Position numbers and translations under genes: made by a program. Of a DNA stretch of 64,000 nt, positions 37,261 through 49,400 are shown one piece after another. This stretch comes from Macrostomum lignano. Its lineage: Eukaryota. The notes beneath the pieces were generated by a model. That model did not search any database and was not told where the DNA came from. It worked only from the letters and a program-made list of their open reading frames with translations. The first letter of the stretch is position 1; every line of letters begins with the position of its first letter. The stretch covers positions 1 to 64,000 of the forward strand of contig NIVC01003105.1 in the NCBI GenBank assembly GCA_002269645.1, read 5' to 3'.

Positions 37261-37911
37261 TTAATCGGTGTATCCTCCTCGAACTGTGTCGATATTCGCC
37301 AAGTCAGTCCCTGGACACCGCAGCGAATCTCTCATGCAGGTCGCTGATAACACCGCGTGCACCTGGGCGAAAATAGTCGAAGGTGAGCCAGCCAGTCTCG
37401 TCTCAGCAGCGCCATGTCTCCCTTGTCGACTACAAGCAGCGGTAGCTGTAGCTGCTGGGAGTTGTGCTGGACGCAAACTGTGGCTTGGCCTCGCGGATGA
37501 AAACGTTCGTTGGTGAAAGTTCGCAGAACTGAAGCTGATGGAGCCAGTTGTAGCTGAGGGAGAAACTATTGCTGCAGCTGCTCCGGCATCAGGGTGACTG
37601 CAGAACCGAAGTTGCAGTCAGCTGACAGAGCCTGGAGCCCCGCGATGAATGCCGTGAAGCTCTTGGAAACGGAACCTCGCAGCTAGCTCCGAAGGCTTGG
37701 GTGCAAAGTGCGTTGTCAGTAGCTTCCTCATATCAGCGCAAGACTTCGCGCAACTTTGTCCGATGGGACAGACTCCGTAGTAAAGTGGGACGATGGAGCC
37801 AGTAAGTGGCATAGAAAAAAATGCGAGCGAATACTGCTTGAGACGCTCAAGGAATATCTCGATGCTTGTAGATGGTAACAGTTGGCCCAGCGTGGGCGGA
37901 CTCGTCGCCAT
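37261..37911 (-). pseudogene. Gag remnant of the Gypsy element
   Basis: MATSPPTLG...FLERLKQY...HFAPKPSELAARFRFQ resembles Mag-clade gag; frame-disrupted. Confidence 0.7.
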
Positions 37912-40482
37912 TGTGATATCTTAATAACTGCGAGGCAGTATAGTGTTGAATTGTACGAGTAGGACTGAGAAAAGTGCTCTCTGAGAGCTACTTGGCTGAT
38001 CTTATTTTATTAGTTTAGCAATGAGGTGGTGGGTGCAGACAGATACAAGCGCGCATGGGGTGGGGGTTGTTATAATAGTTAATACCATTCTCGTTCACAT
38101 GCTAGTGAGTCAACAATTAAGTGCACGCAAGCTATTGCAAAGTTCATAGTGTCACTGTCACAAGTTCTATTGAAGCTTCAATGATGAAATGCTGCAAAGT
38201 ATATGTTCCAGTTTTACGATTGAGAAACACTAGCACTTTAGCTTACATGTACATAGGATCCGCCTCCTATCAATAGAAATACAATATTTGTGCTGAAAAA
38301 TGAAAAGCCTCCATTTCCGTCAAGTATTTTTTCTAAAAAACGTGCACCCTAATTTTTTAAGAAACGAGGTCTCCCGTGCTTCTACTTAAGCAGTCATTAA
38401 CATGCACATGTAGCTACTACATGTACGTAGTGGTATTTATACATGTAGTTGTATAGCTTTTTACATGCACATGTATGGACTCTTCCCAGTTAATTTATCA
38501 AATTCAAAGTAAAGCATAAAATGCAGACATATCTATCAGTATTAGCTCATTCATACCAAGGTCACATGTCGTATAGCTTACTGAGATATTATGTGGAAGA
38601 TCTTACCGGTGGAAGAGCCTGTTACCGATATATTAACGTGATTACAACATCAAAAGGCCACGTTTCATAACACAAGCAAACGGGTTTTCTAAGCAGATAA
38701 TAGAATGGTTTTTTTCAGTATGAATAATATCTTTTTTGATGCCCATTTTTTACATTTTGAGGATATATTTCCGCCTTTGCAGTTAAAAAGCAGTATGATT
38801 TGTTTATACGTACTTACACGTTTAATAACACAAATGGCACTGATTTAACGTAATCTGTTACACGTCTAGCAAATTATATTAATCTGTTCTTCACAGATTT
38901 GCAGCCCATGTATAAAATACCCTACACCCAACACCCGACATACCCTACACCCGATTGCTATTAATCGGTCCCATTACATTAGTATGTCGAACTTGCCTAG
39001 TTCATAAGTAGATTGTACGTGCAACATAATAGATTCTACAGCTTTTTTGTATTTTGAAAATGCCGAATTGTCTAAGTTTAGCTTATAAATTTTTATGCAA
39101 ACACTGCTGAACAGGCAGGCTTGTGTACCTTTTATCTATCTAGCATGACCTAGCTAAAGTTTTAGTGTAATTTTTAATAAATTACTAGGTATTAAACACA
39201 AAAACTACAGTACTACCTGTTCAGTATTCTAATCTATATCAAATGAAAGTGGTCCAATAATGTATAATTCAAACAAATACTTTGAGTTTTAATTTTGTTC
39301 TATAAATCATATAGACATAAATATTTTGATTTTTAAACAATATAGAAATTCCCTAAATTCTCTATCATTGTCTTTGTTATAATGTAATGTATACTTTTTT
39401 GAATTATGAATATTATTATTTGGTAGTCTATTTGATTTTTAATTATTGAAATAGTTAAAATATTACAGAGCCAAAAGGAGGTTGTATTTTTCTTCTAAGA
39501 TCAACTAAGCTAAAAATAATGAGAAATTATACCCACAATTTGTATTTGTTTACCATATTGCTAAAGGTTTTCTGTGTACACTGGACACATTTTTATTGAA
39601 TTTTCAATTGTACGCCAACAGATTTTAAATGCACGCCAACTTAAAAAACAGTAAAAAAAAATCAATGAATATTTAAATTTAAATTAAACTACAAAAAATT
39701 GATAATGACATGACCATTGTCGTGACAATTCCAATAATTAAAATGATTGGTAAATGAGAAAATAGTAGCAGAAAAAATGGTTTTTGAAATAACTTAACAT
39801 AGAAAAAGCACAAAAAATTCTTTATATTAATTTCTACGCCAGTTGCTATACACCACGCTGTACACCACACTGTACATAGCCAAGAAATGTATGCTAGTGT
39901 ACGCCACAGAAATCAAGTGTACGTCTACACCCCACCATCCACAAAATGGTTTGTTTATATTATTAATATTTTAGTCTAGATTTTTGTCAATTTTTTAATT
40001 ATTAGAATTTGATATACAATAGTTTTGTTTTTGTCACCTTTTATTTGCTAGCAGACAAAATATCTATTTCTATTAGATAAATAATTATTCCTAGTTATAT
40101 AAACTATATGCTATATCTCTGTAGTATTTTATATTTTATAATAAGTATACTATATAATAGTAAATAATATTAGTGTGCAATGCAAAGTATAAAATCTAGT
40201 AATTAAGAATCTACTAAGTTATTTATAATTATAGGACCTGTGTATATATTAAAAGTGCAGAAGTGCAACTTACCCTGGTCTACTACAAATTATAGTGGCT
40301 ATTGGCCAGGTCAGCCAGTAATTGCCCATATATGTAGATTTATATAGAACTTTTTATAAGCAAAATAAAATTTATGAAATTTATTAATTATATGTTTGCT
40401 ATAGATATTAGACAATTTAATCATAGCCTTTTATTTTACAATTCCTAAATTCTATCTATATATTGCTTCAGATTGCAGCAAA

Positions 40483-43400
40483 ATGAAAATCATCATCACA
40501 ATATTACTACTTGCTTCAGTTATTTATAGAAGTGGTAAGTTCTGGAACTGAATTAAATTTCTAGTATTAATATAGTAAGAATTTAATTATTTATCTAAGT
40601 TTTTAACTATCAATATTATAGATGCAATTGCCACTATGGCAATTGATTTGGGTTCTGAGTTCATGAAAATTGCTATTGTGAAGGTAAGTAAACTTGTGAA
40701 TTCAATCTATTGTTTAAAAATTCATTCTGTTCATAAGTCCACAAGTTATATCCTTACACTATTTTTTAGCCTGGTGTTCCAATGGAGATTGCACTAAACA
40801 GGTATGTTGAAAATATGTTAATAAATGATTTAGAAGCCTTATATTTTTAGTTGGCTTGTAAAATAATGAAAACTAATTCCATAATAACACAATGATGTTT
40901 GCAGGGAGTCACAAAGGAAAACACCTGTTGTTGTTGGCATGCGAAATGATGAACGCCAAATTGGTGATCCAGCCCTGTCTATGGTAAATATTCATTCATC
41001 TGTACATTTCTATGCCTTAGTATGCAATAACAAATTCTAGACATTGTTTCTCTCAATATTTTCATTTTTCAGGCTGTGAAATTCCCACAAAATGCTTTCA
41101 TTTTCATACCAACACTGATTGGTCAGTCACTTAATAGTCCAGCTGTGAAGCTGTTCCAGGAGCGCTTCCCTTATTATAAGCTCTCTGAGGACAATGAGGG
41201 CGTTCTGACCTTTACTACTGTGAAGTAAGTTTTTGTTTTATGCCAAGCATTTTAAACTGTTTAGATTTGCGTGCAATGTCAAATAGTATGCACATGATCT
41301 ATGTCTTTTCTTTCTTCGTCTAATAGTGTACATCGCTCAGTGTACATCAGTGTTGATCATCTCCCTAATAATGTACATTGCTGAGTGTACATCAGTCTAG
41401 GTTATCTTCCTAATAATGTACATTGCTGAGTGTACATCAGTCTAGGTTATCTCCCTAATAGTGTACATTGCTCAGTGTACATCAGTCTTGGTCATCTCCC
41501 TAATAGTGTACATTGCTCAGTGTACACCAGTCTTGATCATCTCCCTAATAGTGTACATTGCTCAATGTACACCAGTCTTGATCATCTCCCTAATAATGTA
41601 CATTAGTCTTCGTCATCTCCCTAATTATGCAAATTGCATCAGATGTACCACCATCTTTACCTCCAATCTTTATTTTAATTTCATAAACATTTTCAGCAAC
41701 AAGAAGCTAACTGTAGAAGAGATCCTTGCCATGCTGCTGGAGAATGCCCAGGAGACTGCTCAGAAATTCGCTGACCAACCCATCAAAGATGCGGTGATCA
41801 CGGTGCCGCCGTACTTTAGCCAAGCCGAGCGCCTCGCCGTCCTTCGGGCAGCGGATTATGCCGGCATCACCGTGCTGCAACTAATGAACTCCAATGCTGC
41901 GGGTAAATATCATTTCTCGTCCTGATTAGTCTACTGTGAGTAGCAATCAAAGAATATTAGTACTATATATTATTCTTTCTTATATCTAAACTTGTAAACA
42001 GTGGCTCTGAACTTCGGCATCTTTCGATCGAAAAGTTTCAACAAGACCGCGCAGTACTACATGTTCTACGATATGGGATCTTCATCAACTATTGCCACCG
42101 TTGTCTGTAAGTGTTGTTTTTTGGTATAGTCTGTTTGTTCCTGTTGTCAGCAGAAAGTGAATTTGTTAGTATTCATAAAACAGCTTACACACTCCTCCTA
42201 GCTACTGAACATAAGTAGCCAACAAGCTATAATCTCCCCTCCCCCCTTGCGAACCCCATGGCAGCCTATCAAGTGGCTCGAATCCGCGAGCACGGCATGG
42301 CTGAAGAGCATCCTCAGCTGCAGGTACTCGGCGTTGGCTACGACGAGACACTTGGCGCCAGCGCTTTCATTCTTCGGCTGCGCGACCACCTGGCGAAGGA
42401 GTTCAACGCTAAGAAGTTGTCTAAGAAAGACATCACGGGCAATGCGAGGGCTATGGCTAAACTGTTTAAGGAGGCTGGCAGAGTCTACAGGGTGCTCAGC
42501 GCTAATAAGGAGGTCTATGCTCAGGTGAGACAGTCTGCGATTTTGAAAGTGCATATTGGGATAATTTTCCCATATGTATCTTTTTTAAGCCTGTCTTTTT
42601 AGCATCTTAAATGGCCTTTGTTTCTAAAAGGCCTTTGTGAACTCATAATCCTTAGTGGGATAATTTCCCCAAATTTCTCTTTAAGGTCATAATCCTTTAA
42701 TGGGATCTCATCCTAATTCTTCAATCTTCAATGGGATGATTATCCCTAATCTCTCCTTAATTCTTCAATCTTCAATGGGATGATTATCCCTAATCTGTCC
42801 CTAATTCCTTAATCTTCAATGGGATAATTATTCCTAATCTCTCCCTAATTGCTCAATCTTCAATGGGATAATTATCCCTAATCTCTCCCTAATTCCTCAA
42901 TCTTCAATGGGATGATTGTTCAATGGGTAAAACGTCGGTTGAACCTCAATCCAGATCGAGAGCGTATTCGAGGACAAAGACTTCAAAGTGAAGGTCACCC
43001 GCGAGGAGCTGGAGAACATCTGCTCGGACCTGTTCGAACGGGTCACCAGACCGATTGAAAGCGCGCTAAATATGGCCCAGATCTCGATGGACCTGATCAA
43101 AGAAGTGCTGCTCATGGGCGGCGGCACCCGCAATCCCAAGGTGCAGTCGGCTCTGCTCAAAGCCACCGGAAGGTAACGCTTGGCCTTCTAGAATGGATGA
43201 ATTCGATACACCCATCCTTAATTTCTGACCCTTAAGTATTTTATATACTTTATTGTTCCCAGAACTGAGCTGGGCAAGTCCATCAACACGGACGAAGCCG
43301 CTGCACTGGGCGCCGTGTACCAGGCCGCCCATCTGAGTCCGGGCTTTCGGGTTAAGCGATTCGTTGTCAAGGACGCCGTTTTGTTCCCCCTAGCAGTGAG

Positions 43401-46400
43401 TGATTGTTGCTGCTGTTAATTTTATTGGCGCAGCCCCACGCCACTTCAGGCTCTCCCTGACACCAATCCAGGCTTTCCATGACACCAATCCAGGCTGTCC
43501 CTGACACCAATCCAGGCTGTCCCTGACACCAATCCAGGCTGTCCCTGACACCAATCCAGGCTGTCCCTGACACCAATCCAGGCTGTCCCTGACACCAATC
43601 CAGGCTTTCCATGACACCAATCCAGGCTGTCCCTGACACCAATCCAGGCTGTCCCTGACACCAATCCAGGCTGTCCCTGACACCAATCCAGGCTGTCCCT
43701 GACACCAATCCAGGCTGTCCCTGACACCAATCCAGGCTGTCCCTGACACCAATCCAGGCTGTCCCTGACACCAATCCAGGCTGTCCCTGACACCAATCCA
43801 GGCTTTCCCTGACACCAATCCAGGCTGTCCCTGACACCAATCCAGGCTTTCCCTGACACCAATCCAGGCTCTCCCTGACACCAATACAGGCTGTCCCTGA
43901 CCCCAATCCAGGCTTTCCATGACACCAATCCAGGCTGTCCCTGACACCAATCCAGGCTCTCCCTGTTACCAATCCAGGATCTCCCTGACACCAATACAGG
44001 CTGTCCCTGACCCCAATCCAGGCTTTCCATGACACCAATCCAGGCTGTCCCTGACACCAATCCAGGCTGTCCCTGACACCAATCCAGGCTGTCCCTGACA
44101 CCAATCCAGGCTGTCCCTGACACCAATCCAGGCTTTCCCTGACACCAATCCAGGCTCTCCCTGACACCAATACAGGCTGTCCCTGACACCAATCCAGGCT
44201 CTCCCTGACACCAATCCAGGCTCTCCCTGACACCAATCCAGGCTGTCCCTGACACCAATCCAGGCTGTCCCTGACACCAATCCAGGCTTTCCCTGACACC
44301 AATCCAGGCTCTCCCTGACACCAATACAGGCTGTCCCTGACCCCAATCCAGGCTTTCCATGACACCAATCCAGGCTGTCCCTGACACCAATCCAGGCTGT
44401 CCCTGACACCAATCCAGGCTGTCCCTGACCCCAATCCAGGCTTTCCATGACACCAATCCAGGCTGTCCCTGACACCAATCCAGGCTGTCCCTGACACCAA
44501 TCCAGGCTGTCCCTGACACCAATCCAGGCTTTCCCTGACACCAATCCAGGCTCTCCCTGACACCAATACAGGCTGTCCCTGACACCAATCCAGGCTCTCC
44601 CTGACACCAATCCAGGCTCTCCCTGACACCAATCCAGGCTTTCCCTGACACCAATCCAGGCTCTCCCTGACACCAATCCAGGCTGTCCCTGACACCAATC
44701 CAGGCTTTCCCTGACACCAATCCAGGCTCTCCCTGACACCAATACAGGCTGTCCCTGACACCAATCCAGGCTCTCCCTGTTACCAATCCAGGATCTCCCT
44801 GACACCAATACAGGCTGTCCCTGACACCAATCCAGGCTCTCCCTGACACCAATCCAGGCTCTCCCTGACACCAATCCAGGCTCTCCCTGACACCAATCCA
44901 GGCTCTCCCTGACACCAATCCAGGCTCTCCCTGACACCACTTCAGGCTCTCCCTGACACCAATCCAGGCTCTCCCTGACACCAATCCAGGCTCTCCCTGA
45001 CACCACTCCAGGCTCTCCCTGACACCAATCCAGGCTCTCCCTGACACCAATCCAGGCTCTCCCTGACACCACTCCAGGCTCTCCCTGGCACCAATCCAGG
45101 CTCTCCCTGACACCAATCCAGGCTCTCCCTGACACCAATGCAGACCCCCAGACTATATTCGTCATTTACTGCTCAATGCTAATTCAGGTGGACTTCAAAA
45201 CCGCCGAGGACGGCAAAGAGATCAAACGCTTGCTATTTAACCTTGGCAACCACTATCCCCAGCGTAAGGTCATGACCTTCAATAAGCACACGCAGGATTT
45301 CGACTTCTCTGTAGGCTATACTAGCCTCAACCATTTGAACGAGTTTCAACAAAAGTAAGTAGTAGCTTTAATTTGGTGTTGGAGTTGTGTATAGTGCTGT
45401 CAGATACACCCCTGTGGCCTAATTACCTCTCCGCCAATTTTCAGAGCCCTTGGCGACCCGCTGCTGTACAAATTCAGTCTGAAAGGCGTAGCCCAGGCTA
45501 TTGGCAAATACGATGGCCAACCGGGCGCCTCTAGCAAAGGCGTCAAGGCGCACTTCCGTATGGACGATAACGGCATTGTGCACCTGGATCGGGCCGAGGC
45601 TCAGTTTGAGATTCTGCCGCAGGCTGCCGGCTCGGATGGGGAAGCCAAAAAAGAGGAGGGATCCGCGTTTGCCAGTGAGTTTCGGGGTCCTTGTAATACT
45701 CTATGATAGTTTTCGTCATGTCTTAAGCAAGATATAATGCCCCCTCCATGACCTCATCTCTGCTTTCATCATTAAACTAATGACTAATCCCGTCATCGCT
45801 TTTTAAATTGCCATCCTGGATGACCGCATCCCGGATGACCGCATCCCGGATGACCCCATTCCAGATGACCCCATCCCAGAATTGATTTTTAAATTGCCAT
45901 CCTGGATGACCGCATCCCGGATGACCGCATCCCGGATGACCGCATCCCGGATGACCGCATCCCGGATGACCGCATCCCGGATGACCCCATCCCATTTGAC
46001 CCCATCCCAGATGATCCCATCCCATATGACCCCATCCCATATGACCCCATCCCAGAATTGATCCCATCCCAAATGACCCCATTTCAGATGACCCCATTCC
46101 AGAATTCAACCCATCCCAGAATTCACCCCCTTCCAGACGACCCCAATCCCATACCAAATGACCCTTTACATTGACCCCTAGCTGACATGATCTGGTCTCT
46201 ATGACTGCCACCATGATGTCCCTAAAAGCGCTTTCGCACTATGCCTACCCCTTATTAAACACGTGAGAGCTGAAAATACTTCATGGCACTGCCTGCAGAA
46301 ATTGGCGAATCTCTTGGCAGCCTCTTCGGGTCCAGCGAAGCGGACAAGGTGAGCAAGTTGTCTATTTCTGATATCCTTTGTATAGCAGTGCATATATCCT

Positions 46401-49400
46401 GATCCCCGATCCCCACTCCAATCTCTCTCTATCAGAAAGCCGATGAAGCCAGCGGCGCTGACAAGCAGCAGGAGAAATCAAAGGAAGATTCTTCGAGTAA
46501 ACCAGCTGACAAAGACTCGACAAAGACTAATGCTGAGCCGGGAGAGGTGAGCCACTGAGGTCTGTTCTAGATTTGCGTTGTAGAAATCTTGGAAAATTTT
46601 CATTTTTAAATAATTTGCAGAAAACCGGCGACTCGACCGCGTCAGGCAACGCTTCGAAAGCTTCCGGCGACAAGGCCGCTCAGAGTAATAATAATACTAA
46701 TAAGTCGGAATCCGCCGCCACGCCCGCCAAGCCTGAGCTGCGCAGAGAATCCATTGAATTTGTTGTCGCTGACAAAACTCTGGTGCATCCGTCCGATGCT
46801 AGTCAGCAGAAATCTCGAAGCACGTGAGTTAATGCCGACTCGAGCCTAGGACCTTCTCTTAGTATTCAATCGCCAATATTTTAGTCCCTAAACTGAGGAC
46901 AGAATGTTTAGAATTTTCAAGCTGGATATTCGAACTCAGGACCTCTGTAAAATTATCATCGCTAAAATATTTAATTCCAACTTGTGTATCCCTAAAATGT
47001 TTTTACCTGACTTGAAGGTCGGGGGTTCGATTCCCGAACCCACTGGAACAATTTGTGTCTAAGCAAGTCCGCATGGCTTCAGTTCACCCAACTGTAAAAT
47101 GGGTGCCAGAATTAGCTGGGGTAATTGAGGGTGTGTGGCGACCCCCCCAGTCCTTGGACTGAACAGCCGTACGCAGCCTTCAGATGCGCCGCGCAATAGC
47201 TGCGGCTGAGCTGTCGGTTGCACATCTGGCCATTAGGACAGGTGTAATCAATTATTATTACCTGATGGAATCGAACTCAGGACCACAGCCGTTTACCATA
47301 GTCAAGTAATGCCACCCCGTCATCAATTCAACACGCGTCACAGAATTCAAGAGCTGCGCAAACGCGAAGATGCCAAACGCCAATTGGAGAAGGCTCGCAA
47401 CGAATTAGAGGCTTTCATCTTCGAGTCCAAGGATCGGCTGAGCTCGGCTGACTATGAGAAGTGCTCAACTGAGTCCGAACGTCAAGGCTATATGGAAAAG
47501 CTGTCCGCTGCTCAGGTGCGCTCCTCGCAACTGTTTGTGTTACCAGCTATGATCTTCTGAAATTAAAATTGACTCAATCCTTCGTAACAACCTGTTTATC
47601 ATCAAATGACCTATTATGGCCTGTGCATCATAAAAATATCGCATTATGACCCAGTTTGACCCATTTTTTAGCCAGTTGGATTCCATTTGACCCATTATGA
47701 CCCAGTTTGACCTACTCACCCATTTTGACTCAGTTTGACCCATTATGACCCAGTTTGGCCCTTTATGACCTAGTTTGACCCATTATGACCTAGTTTAACC
47801 CTTTTTGACCCAGACACTTTATGACAATGACACCTTATGACTCAGAGTCTTTATGACCCAGACCCATTATAACCCAGTCGGCCCCTTTATGGCCAAGAGT
47901 CTTTTTTTGACCCAGACACTTTATGACCCAGTTTGACCCATATTTATCTCTCCCTTGACCCCAAGTGACCCAAAATGACCTTTGACCTTATTTACACCCT
48001 ACTGCCAGGACTGGTACGACGAGCAGGGCATGGACACAACGCAGGAGCAATTCGCGGCCAAAACCGCCGAACTAAAAGCCATGCTAGGCGATCTGACGCT
48101 TCGTGTTCGAGAAATGCTCGAACGACCGAAAGCTTTTAAACTGCTGAAGGATATGCTGAATCATACTCGAACTTTCTGGGACACCATGCAGAACATGACA
48201 GGAGATGGCAACGTGTTCACGCAGGCTGAGTACAACACGCTGGGAAATCTGATCAATGACACTGAGGTGAGCGCCTCTATTAATGTCTTTTTTCAAGCTT
48301 TCCTCTTCTTTATTCATAATAATTACAGTAATTCTCTACTCAATTTCATTTTTGGTGACAAAGACGTCTATAAGCTGGATTCGGAGTACATTGCTTAACA
48401 GTCAGTCAGTCAGTCAGTCAGTCAGTCAGTCAGTCAGTCAGTCAGTCAGTCAGTCAGTCAGTCAGTCAGTCAGTCAGTCAGTCAGTCAGTCAGTCAGTCA
48501 GTCAGTCAGTCAGTCAGTCAGTCAGTCAGTCAGTCAGTCAGTCAGTCAGTCAGTCAGTCAGTCAGTCAGTCAGTCAGTCAGTCAGTCAGTCAGTCAGTCA
48601 GTCAGTCAGTCAGTCAGTCAGTCAGTCAGTCAGTCAGTCAGTCAGTCAGTCAGTCAGTCAGTCAGTCAGTCAGTCAGTCAGTCAGTCAGTCAGTCAGTCA
48701 GTCAGTCAGGCACATACGTGCGCAACCTTGGGAATCACCCGGCCGTTTCTATTGGCAACACACACATGTAAGTCGCTATTGGCTGAGAGCAGTCACGTGA
48801 CTACTTTTCTGTCCAATAGCGACATACATGTGTGTGTGTTGCCAATAGAAACGGCCGAGTGAATCCCAAGGTTGCGCCCAAGCATGGTCAGGCAGTCAGG
48901 CAGTCAGACAGGCAGTCAGTCAGTCAGTCAGTCAGTCAGTCAGTCAGGCAGTCAGTCAGTCAGTCAGGCAGTCAGGCAGTCAGTCAGTCAGTCAGGCAGG
49001 CAGTCAGTCAGTCAGTCAGTCAGTCAGTCAGTCAGTCAGGCAGTCAGTCAGTCAGGCAGTCAGTCAGGCAGGCAGTCAGGCAGTCAGTCAGTCAGTCAGT
49101 CAGTCAGTCAGGCAGTCAGTCAGTCAGGCAGGCAGTCAGTCAGGCAGTCAGTCAGGCAGTCAGTCTCCCACATTTTTTAAATAGTGCCGAGTCAGTTGAC
49201 TCCTACTCATAGTAGTGCTTTATTACTGGTGGGAGCTTTACTTATTATTTTATTCTAATTTTGCTACTATACAAAAGGACTGGCAGAAGGCCAGACAGTT
49301 GGAGGTGGACGGCCAGGACCTCACCAAGGAGCCGCTGGTTCGGGTTGAAGACATCAGGCTGAAGATGTCAGCCCTGGAGAGGGAGATCAGCTATCTGCTA

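Larger units (their letters stand above)
35881..38162 (-). mobile_element. Internally deleted, decayed Gypsy (Mag-like) LTR retrotransposon
   Basis: Two diverged LTRs (38162-37912 and 36151-~35881, both starting TGTGAC and containing AATAAA). PBS TGGCGACGAG (37910-37901) is complementary to the tRNA-Ser(GCU) 3' end; PPT AAGGGGGGAGA (36162-36152). Gag and integrase fragments are present; no protease, RT or RNase H seen. Confidence 0.9.

Noticed and set aside
35876-38167. Target-site duplication for the Gypsy element
   Set aside because: The flanks (ATTTT vs AGTTC) do not match and the outer end of the 3' LTR is degraded.
43367-45165. 186-556-aa minus-strand ORFs with [12 protein letters not shown] repeats
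   Set aside because: Translations of the 22-bp minisatellite in HYOU1 intron 10.
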